NCBI GenBank assembly: GCA_030632085.1
Contig: DAOVJY010000001.1
Coordinates: 207,402 to 271,401, forward strand
Origin: Candidatus Omnitrophota bacterium
GTDB lineage: Bacteria > Omnitrophota > Gorgyraeia > JAGLLT01
DNA: 64,000 nt
Reading direction: 5' to 3'
Below, in pieces: positions 57,404-64,000 of the stretch. Under the pieces are notes generated by a model. That model searched no databases and was not told the DNA's origin. It saw nothing but the letters and a program-made list of their open reading frames with translations. Made by a program: the position numbers and the translations under genes. Within the stretch, counting starts at the first letter, position 1, and the number at the start of each line of letters is the position of its first letter.

Positions 57404-58173
57404 TAACTACAGAATCCTCTTTTTGATTTTTTTATAAAATTAAGCAAATGGGTTATCTGAGGAGATTTTTTTATTTCTTTTCGGATGAGATCTAACGCGT
57501 GGGATGTTGTTATTTGAGATTTTGTTAAAATTTTAAAGGCTTTCTTTAAATCATTTCTAATATCAGAGGGGATATTCCCTCTTCTTAGTCCAATTACATT
57601 AAGACCTTTTGTTTTTGCGGGATGTCCGTCAACTAATGAGTATGGTAAGACGTCTTGCACTATTTTTGAGCAACCGCCAACCATGGCAAAAGTGCCCATA
57701 CTCGTAAATTGATGTATGGCCGATAAACCACCAATAACAACCCTGTCTTCTATTTCAACAAAACCGGCCAAAGTTCCACAGTTGGCAATTATGATATTAT
57801 TACCTAGATTACAATCATGTGCTACATGACAATAAGCCATTAAGAGATTGTTGTTCCCGATAACAGTCTTATGATCTTCTTCCGTGGCAGAATTAATGGT
57901 TACATATTCTCTGAAAGTATTACTATCTCCTATTTCGAGATATGTAACTTTATTTTTGTACTTTAAATCTTGGGGGGCTGACCCAATGATACCACCGGTG
58001 TGAAAACTACAATTTTTACCTATGGTTGTATAGCCCGTAATAAAACAATGAGCTCCGATAACACTATTATCCCCTATCTTAACGTGTTCTTCTATAATGC
58101 TATAGGGTCCTACTTTTACCCCTTTACCTAACTCAACTTTCGAATGAACTAATGCTGTTGGATGAATATTCAT
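57403..58173 (-). CDS. lpxA: Acyl-[ACP]--UDP-N-acetylglucosamine O-acyltransferase
   Basis: IHPTALVHSKVELGKGVKVGPYSIIEEHVKIGDNSVIG (left-handed beta-helix hexapeptide repeats) and the SAPQDLKYK motif. Confidence 0.85.
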   Translation of the reverse strand: MNIHPTALVHSKVELGKGVKVGPYSIIEEHVKIGDNSVIGAHCFITGYTTIGKNCSFHTGGIIGSAPQDLKYKNKVTYLEIGDSNTFREYVTINSATEEDHKTVIGNNNLLMAYCHVAHDCNLGNNIIIANCGTLAGFVEIEDRVVIGGLSAIHQFTSMGTFAMVGGCSKIVQDVLPYSLVDGHPAKTKGLNVIGLRRGNIPSDIRNDLKKAFKILTKSQITTSHALDLIRKEIKKSPQITHLLNFIKKSKRGFCS

Positions 58174-58176
58174 TTT

Positions 58177-59511
58177 TTACGCCTTAACTAAACTAAACTT
58201 TAGATCAGCTTCAGAAACTATATTCCCATCTACAGAAGCCTTTGTGCGAACCTGTCCCGTTTTAGACTTAAGCTTAATAATTTCCACTTCAAACACTAAC
58301 TGATCTCCAGGAACAACTGTTTTTCTAAATTTAACGTTATCCATACTCATGAAATAAGCTATTTTACCGGCATTAGATGATTTACTTAAAAGTAAAACGC
58401 CTGCAACTTGAGCCATGGCCTCAACAATTAAAACCCCGGGCATAATTGGTCGGCCAGGAAAATGTCCTCTAAAAAAATACTCATTCATTGTTACATTTTT
58501 TATACCAACCGCTCGCTTATCTTCTTCTAATTCAATTATTTTATCAATCAATAAAAACGGGTAGCGATGAGGTAAGATATTCTGAATATCAGTTATGTTA
58601 AGTGGCGGCATACCTGAAAATACAGCCGGCGATTTAACGCCAGCTTCCTTCGCTTTCTTTACATAGCTGTACATTCGCTCTGATAATTTAATATTAAGCG
58701 AATGTCCACTTTTTAAAGCTATAATCTTACCTTTTATTGGTTTTCCCAAAAGATATAAATCACCCATAAGATCAGCAATCTTATGGCGCACAAATTCATT
58801 AGTAAATCTCAATTTATTATTTATGATACCGTTTTTACCGATAACAATAGTATTTTCGTAATTAGCTCCCTTTCCCAAGCCCATCTTTTTTAAAGCCTCA
58901 ACCTCTTCATTTAGACAAAATGTTCTTGCCGGGGCAATCTCTTTCTCGAAAACTTCTGAATCAATATTGATACTCATGAACTGAGAGCTTAAAAGAGGAT
59001 TTTCATAGCTTAGAGTATAAGAAATCTCAAATGAATCATGTGGCAGCAAAACCAAAGAACGATCTTTTTCTTCCAGCCAGATAGGCATTCTGGGTATAAA
59101 ATATTCTTTTTCAGCGTCTTGTTCTTTTATGCCAGCTTTTTTTATCAACTCCACAAATCCAAGAGCGCTACCATCCAATCCAGGAAGTTCCTCAGAATCT
59201 AATTCAACAATGATATTATCAATACCGGTACCGCATAAAGCAGACATAATATGTTCGATAGTGTGTATTTCAACGCTCATACCATCTTTTTTTACCCCAA
59301 TTGAAGTTCTTCTTAATCTTTTTGTGGGGTCTATAATATTTGAAATATGCGCTTTGACAACGGGTTTATCCGGCAAGTCTACTCTGATAAAATTTACACC
59401 ACTGTCTGCTAAGGCAGGCTTAAATTTTACATTTACTTCTTTGCCTGTATGAATACCGCATCCGCTAAAACTTACTTCTTTTTCAATAGTCTTTTGTTTT
59501 TCCATGCACAT
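58177..59511 (-). CDS. lpxC: Bifunctional UDP-3-O-acyl-GlcNAc deacetylase / 3-hydroxyacyl-ACP dehydratase (LpxC-FabZ fusion)
   Basis: The N-terminal half is LpxC-like (KQKTIEKEVSFSGCGIHTGKEV; HTIEHIMSAL). The C-terminal roughly 150 aa form a FabZ hot-dog fold (HFPGRPIMPGVLIVEAMAQ). The true start may be Met3, at 59505. Confidence 0.85.
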   Translation of the reverse strand: MCMEKQKTIEKEVSFSGCGIHTGKEVNVKFKPALADSGVNFIRVDLPDKPVVKAHISNIIDPTKRLRRTSIGVKKDGMSVEIHTIEHIMSALCGTGIDNIIVELDSEELPGLDGSALGFVELIKKAGIKEQDAEKEYFIPRMPIWLEEKDRSLVLLPHDSFEISYTLSYENPLLSSQFMSINIDSEVFEKEIAPARTFCLNEEVEALKKMGLGKGANYENTIVIGKNGIINNKLRFTNEFVRHKIADLMGDLYLLGKPIKGKIIALKSGHSLNIKLSERMYSYVKKAKEAGVKSPAVFSGMPPLNITDIQNILPHRYPFLLIDKIIELEEDKRAVGIKNVTMNEYFFRGHFPGRPIMPGVLIVEAMAQVAGVLLLSKSSNAGKIAYFMSMDNVKFRKTVVPGDQLVFEVEIIKLKSKTGQVRTKASVDGNIVSEADLKFSLVKA

Positions 59512-59550
59512 CCAACCTTCTAAATATTTTAACTTATAGCAGAAATTAGC

Positions 59551-60579
59551 CTATTTGCGCTTTTCTAATTCCTCAATACGATTCTGAAGTTCTTTAATAG
59601 TCTTCATCATTTCAGGCAGTCTCTGAACGCAAGCATTGACTCTCTTGGCAATGTTATGGGGCTTGGCAGGGTAACCGGAAACTTTTGTATTCGGTGGGAC
59701 TGATTTAGTTACTCCGGCTTGCGCGGCAACAATAGATCCGTCTCCGATATTGATATGGCCCACAACTCCAGATTGACCGGCCAAAATAACTTCTCTACCA
59801 ATAACGGTACTACCTGAAATACCAGCCTGAGCAACAACTATTGAATTTTCTCCAATTATTACATTATGTGCTATCTGAACTAAATTATCTATTTTTGTAC
59901 CTCGACCAACTACGGTTTTATCAAATCTAGCCCTATCAATAGTAACATTAGCACCAATCTCAACATCGTCCTCAATGGCCACAGTACCAATCTGAGGTAT
60001 CTTATGATGGACGCCTTTAACTGTCGCGAAACCAAACCCATCACTACCTATAACACTTCCCGAGTGGACAATAACCCTATCGCCTATAGTTACTCTTTCT
60101 CTAATAGAAACGCTAGGATAGACAATACAATTTTTACCTATTTTTGCATGGTGCCCAAGATACACACCACTATAAAGGACGGTGTTATCGTCTATCTCCG
60201 CGTAATCTTCAACAACTACATAAGCCTGAATGGCTACATTTTTACCTAACTTGACATTATTACCGATAATAGCTGTCGAGTGTACGCCTTCCGGATGCTT
60301 ATCCTCATTGGGAGCTAAAAGAGAAACCAACCTGGAAAATGCCAAAGACGGATTATCGGTTTTAATAATTGTTTTTGGCCCACTTTCTACATCCATCGAA
60401 GTAATTATAGCTGAAGCATTCGTAGCATCCATTAAATTCATATACTTAGAATTAGCTATAAAAGTTATATCGCCTTTTTTAGCTTCTTTTATGCCCGAAA
60501 CACCGGTAATATGAATACTCTCATCACCAATGATAGTGCCATCAATTAATTTTGCAATCTCTTTAAGCGTTGTTTTCAT
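59551..60579 (-). CDS. lpxD: UDP-3-O-acylglucosamine N-acyltransferase
   Basis: N-terminal [15 protein letters not shown] and a long run of hexapeptide repeats. Confidence 0.85.
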   Translation of the reverse strand: MKTTLKEIAKLIDGTIIGDESIHITGVSGIKEAKKGDITFIANSKYMNLMDATNASAIITSMDVESGPKTIIKTDNPSLAFSRLVSLLAPNEDKHPEGVHSTAIIGNNVKLGKNVAIQAYVVVEDYAEIDDNTVLYSGVYLGHHAKIGKNCIVYPSVSIRERVTIGDRVIVHSGSVIGSDGFGFATVKGVHHKIPQIGTVAIEDDVEIGANVTIDRARFDKTVVGRGTKIDNLVQIAHNVIIGENSIVVAQAGISGSTVIGREVILAGQSGVVGHINIGDGSIVAAQAGVTKSVPPNTKVSGYPAKPHNIAKRVNACVQRLPEMMKTIKELQNRIEELEKRK

Positions 60580-60602
60580 AAATACACCTTAGTTTATTTG
60601 CA

Positions 60603-61109
60603 TCATTTATTAAGTTCGTTTAAAATCCTATCAGTCAAATCATAACTGTCCTGTCCATAAAGTATCATGCGCTCATTAAAAATTATAGTATATTCTTCCT
60701 TTTTGCCTATTTCTTTTACTAGTTCATCAAACTCTTTAATAATTTCCTTCGCGGCGTCATCTTTCTCTTTGAGTAGTTCCTTGCTGGCTTTCTGATCAAA
60801 AGCCTGCAACTCTTTAATTTTTCCATTAATCTCACTTTGTATTTTGTTTTTTTCTACGTCACTGGCAAGCTCAAACTTGTCTCTAAGTTTTCTTATCTGA
60901 GTTACCTTTTTATCACGTTCTTTTTGTTTTTTTTCACCCTTTTTCTCTAAATCTTTTTCAGCCTCAATAGTTTTTTTGTAATTATTGAAAACCTTTACAA
61001 AATCAACATATCCAAATTTTATTTCCGCGGAAACCGCATTCGCAAATAAAAATACGAACATCATTGTTATAATAAAACTAACTCCTAGCATTCTAACTAT
61101 TTTACTCAT
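60603..61109 (-). CDS. skp: Periplasmic chaperone Skp/OmpH
   Basis: Signal peptide followed by KFGYVDFVKVF and a lysine- and glutamate-rich coiled-coil. It sits between bamA and lpxD as in many diderms. Confidence 0.75.
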   Translation of the reverse strand: MSKIVRMLGVSFIITMMFVFLFANAVSAEIKFGYVDFVKVFNNYKKTIEAEKDLEKKGEKKQKERDKKVTQIRKLRDKFELASDVEKNKIQSEINGKIKELQAFDQKASKELLKEKDDAAKEIIKEFDELVKEIGKKEEYTIIFNERMILYGQDSYDLTDRILNELNK

Positions 61110-61142
61110 TAAACTACCTCCGTATAATATTTTAAAAGTTGC

Positions 61143-63446
61143 TTAAAACCCTCTGCTCATACTGAAATGGAATCTACCTTTCTTGTCTCCCGGATCATAA
61201 TCAAGTCCATAGCCATAGTCAACTTTGACCGGACCGATAGGAGTTTTAACTCTAACACCTAAACCAATGGAAGATTTAAAGTCTTTGCCCATATCTCCAA
61301 TATCAGACCAAACATTTCCTATATCGTAGAAAACAGCTCCCTTAATATTTTTCATAACCGGGAAAGTGTATTCCAAGTTACCTATTAACATTGAATCTCC
61401 ACCGATTGGTTCACCGCTTATTTTGGGACCTATGTGTCTTTCTTTATAACCACGAATTGTAGTAGCTCCGCCAGCATAGAATCTCTCGTATATTGGCACC
61501 ATATTAGTGTTATCATATTCATCCGCCAAGCCGGCCCTCAATCTGGTCTCAAATGTAAAATTCTCAAAATGCGTAAAGTACCAATCAAGTTCACCCCTAT
61601 ATTTCACGAAGTCTCTATCACCTCCAAAGGGTCCACCAACGATTTCAAGCGTATTATCAATAACTCCTCCCGACTTGGGATTGTAGCTACTGTCTCTCGT
61701 GTCTCTTACGAGGGTAAATTGAAGCGTACTTATCGCATGCTCGCCCTCTTCTTCCCAGACGTCAGGAAGATGATCCGCCGTGGCCCAATAAGGTATATTT
61801 CCAAGTTTAACCTGCTCTAATTTATACATCGTGCCTATATGTATGTTGTCATTTATTCTTTTACCTAGACGCACATCTCCACCTAAGCGCTGCAATTCAT
61901 ATAAATTTCTTGAGCGATATCTATTATAAAAATCAAAGCCAAATGATATAGGTTTATTAAAAAGCCATGGTTCTGTAAAACTTAAATCGTAACACTCTTT
62001 TTCGCTGCCGAGCTCTGCTCTGATAGATAATTTCTGTCCATCTCCCGTGAAGGTGGGCCAATTTCTCCAATCAAAATTACGCTGTTGCAATTCCACAAAA
62101 CCAATAAATTTATCTACAGAGCTATACCCCGCTCCAAAGCTAACTTGACCCGTTTTAGTTTCTTTTACGTTGATAATTAAATCTTTTTTATTGGGAGCTG
62201 AACCTGGAGCAGTATCATATGTAATCTCTTCAAAATAACCAAGGTTATTAAGGTTCTGCTTGCTTCTTTTAAGCCGGGCCCCATCAAAAACTCCTCCCGG
62301 CTTAACCTTTAACTCTCTTCTTATAACAATATCTTTTGTCTTATCGTTGCCGCGTATTATAATTTTTTCAATATAGGCTAATTCATTTTCAGTTATGTTG
62401 TAAGTAATATCCATCTGCTGTTTTTCTTTATTAAAAACAACTTCAGGAATTGTCCTGGCCGAAATATAACCTTTCTCAAAATAGAGCTCATTGATTCCGG
62501 CAACATCGTTTTCAAGTTTATAAGGCGTGAAAGTTGAACCGGATTTCATTTTCAGAGCCAGCTTAATAGCCTTTATATCAATAACCCCGTTGCCCTTTAT
62601 CTTAATCATACCAACCGTGTATTTATCACCTTCATAGATATCCAATACAATTGTCATTGTATTTTTACTCTTATTGTACTCTACATCATAATCAACCTCG
62701 ACATCGGCATAACCCTTATCAGCATAAAGCTGTTTAATAATTCTGATGTCACTTTTGAATTTACTATCATCAAAGAACCCTGAAGTAAATAGGGCATCTC
62801 TTTTAGTTTGAATTGACTTTAAAATAATTTTAGTATCTATAGCCTTATTACCGCTGACCTTAATACTGGAAATTCTATAACGTCCGCCTTCATCTACCAA
62901 AACAAAAACTCGGGCTTCATTTGTATCCTTATCAACTATAATCTCTTCTTTAACTATAGATAGATGATAACCTTCTTTAATATAAAAATTTTCTATTTTA
63001 TCAACATCCTGCTTTAGTTGAACGAAATTTAGCGGCTGATCAATCTGAGAATCCATTAGCCTGCGGAGTCTCTCGCTTTTTATGTGCTGATTACCTCTAA
63101 AGATAATCTCTTTTAAAAGGGGTTTTTCGGTTACTATAAAGCTAATTACAACACCTTCATCTTCATCCTGAAGATCAGCATTAATATCAGTAAAATACCC
63201 CGTTGCGTACAGATTCTTTATGTCCTCATTTAATTTATCCTGAGAAAAAACAGAACCTATTTGGGTTTTGACTTTTGAAAGTATAGTAGGCGTGCTGATT
63301 AATTTATTATTTACTACTTTAACATCAATGACTAATTTACCGGTTAGGTCTGCTTCGGCAAATACATCAGCCCCCATCCCCACTAATATCAAAACTACTA
63401 GTATTATGTAAAAAAAAATTTTCCGCATTTTTTTATATGATAGCAT
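61143..63446 (-). CDS. bamA: Outer membrane protein assembly factor BamA
   Basis: Signal peptide and multiple POTRA-like repeats. The C-terminal beta-barrel ends ...GRFHFSMSRGF (terminal aromatic residue). Confidence 0.85.
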   Translation of the reverse strand: MLSYKKMRKIFFYIILVVLILVGMGADVFAEADLTGKLVIDVKVVNNKLISTPTILSKVKTQIGSVFSQDKLNEDIKNLYATGYFTDINADLQDEDEGVVISFIVTEKPLLKEIIFRGNQHIKSERLRRLMDSQIDQPLNFVQLKQDVDKIENFYIKEGYHLSIVKEEIIVDKDTNEARVFVLVDEGGRYRISSIKVSGNKAIDTKIILKSIQTKRDALFTSGFFDDSKFKSDIRIIKQLYADKGYADVEVDYDVEYNKSKNTMTIVLDIYEGDKYTVGMIKIKGNGVIDIKAIKLALKMKSGSTFTPYKLENDVAGINELYFEKGYISARTIPEVVFNKEKQQMDITYNITENELAYIEKIIIRGNDKTKDIVIRRELKVKPGGVFDGARLKRSKQNLNNLGYFEEITYDTAPGSAPNKKDLIINVKETKTGQVSFGAGYSSVDKFIGFVELQQRNFDWRNWPTFTGDGQKLSIRAELGSEKECYDLSFTEPWLFNKPISFGFDFYNRYRSRNLYELQRLGGDVRLGKRINDNIHIGTMYKLEQVKLGNIPYWATADHLPDVWEEEGEHAISTLQFTLVRDTRDSSYNPKSGGVIDNTLEIVGGPFGGDRDFVKYRGELDWYFTHFENFTFETRLRAGLADEYDNTNMVPIYERFYAGGATTIRGYKERHIGPKISGEPIGGDSMLIGNLEYTFPVMKNIKGAVFYDIGNVWSDIGDMGKDFKSSIGLGVRVKTPIGPVKVDYGYGLDYDPGDKKGRFHFSMSRGF

Positions 63447-63507
63447 AGTCTATATTAAATGTAAACTATATATTACGAAATTTTTATTGCATAAACGCAC
63501 TGTAATA

Positions 63508-64000
63508 TTATATGTGCTCGCTTTCGGCATAATTCTCGAAACGCGCATACTCCTTAATAAATGTAAGGTAGAAATTGCCTACAGGACCATTTCTCTGCTT
63601 GGCGATTATAACTTCCGTTCTACCCTTATTTTCCGGTGATGGACTGTAATATTCTTCTCTTAAAAGAAGAGCGACTACATCAGCATCTTGCTCAATAGCC
63701 CCTGATTCTCTTAAATCTGAAAGCTGTGGCCTTCTATCAGTTCTGGACTCTACAGCACGCGACAACTGACTAACTGCGATAACCGGCACTTCCAGTTCTC
63801 TGGCTAATGCCTTTAGTGAACGCGAGATATCAGAAATTTCCTGTTGCCTGCTATCCGAGCGACGAGATGATGCCTGCATAAGCTGCAAATAATCAACCAT
63901 AATCAACTGAATGTTATGTTGCGATTTAAGTCTTCTGGCTTTAGCTCTTACTTCCAAAGCAGAAATACTGGGAGTATCATCAATATATATAGGTGCATCT
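63508..64000 (-). CDS. dnaB: Replicative DNA helicase DnaB, C-terminal part. The gene continues beyond the window end.
   Basis: ...[20 protein letters not shown]...[10 protein letters not shown]...[36 protein letters not shown]...REEYY. Confidence 0.85.
   Translation of the reverse strand, partial: DAPIYIDDTPSISALEVRAKARRLKSQHNIQLIMVDYLQLMQASSRRSDSRQQEISDISRSLKALARELEVPVIAVSQLSRAVESRTDRRPQLSDLRESGAIEQDADVVALLLREEYYSPSPENKGRTEVIIAKQRNGPVGNFYLTFIKEYARFENYAESEHI

Noticed and set aside
1-64000. CRISPR arrays, transposases, integrases or phage genes
   Set aside because: No direct-repeat/spacer periodicity and no recombinase-like ORFs were seen on either strand. The only degenerate elements are the gene remnants at 12.5 kb and 40.7 kb.

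Overview
This 64-kb window comes from a low-GC (roughly one-third G+C by eye) diderm bacterium. It encodes about 60 proteins and 6 tRNAs. All but two of the genes lie on the minus strand, in a nearly gapless co-directional array running from about 63.9 kb down to 1 bp; many stops and starts overlap by 1-4 nt. The two plus-strand genes are a Gfo/Idh/MocA oxidoreductase and lpxB.

In transcription order (high to low coordinate) the window contains:
- The 3' part of dnaB.
- The outer-membrane and lipid A block: bamA, skp, lpxD, a fused lpxC/fabZ, lpxA and lpxI, with convergent lpxB.
- An MsbA-like exporter, then rpsB-tsf-pyrH-frr.
- Two tRNA clusters flanking glmS: Lys and Glu upstream, and Val, Asp, Phe and Thr downstream.
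- accD, an orphan MalK-like ABC ATPase, two GGDEF proteins and a ROK kinase.
- A decayed transaldolase remnant immediately upstream of lptD.
- A roughly 38-kb glycan-biosynthesis supercluster that runs to the window edge.

The supercluster holds:
- ugd, a complete rfbC-A-B-D dTDP-rhamnose set and a GMD-like dehydratase.
- A WbpO/TviB-like UDP-HexNAc dehydrogenase, tandem WbpP/TviC-like epimerases and a UXS-like decarboxylase.
- A Wzx-like flippase, four GT2 glycosyltransferases and one GT4.
- Tailoring enzymes: an AsnB-like amidotransferase, a B12-binding radical-SAM protein, five class-I SAM methyltransferases (one with a Cys4 Zn-ribbon), a GNAT and the start of a NodU/CmcH-like carbamoyltransferase.
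- An Arn-pathway-like enzyme set (ArnA-, ArnB- and ArnC-like) interleaved with four predicted GT-C membrane glycosyltransferases: two giant AftD/DUF3367-like proteins and two ArnT-like roughly 508-aa proteins.
- A chimeric duplication/deletion scar carrying remnants of a third ArnT-like gene and of a methyltransferase.

The most interesting candidate system is this Arn-like lipid-linked aminopentose pathway apparently feeding periplasmic AftD-like and ArnT-like GT-C transferases, placed next to lptD and the lipid A genes.

I found no CRISPR array, transposase or integrase. All functional calls rest on motif and similarity recognition by eye; no database search was possible.
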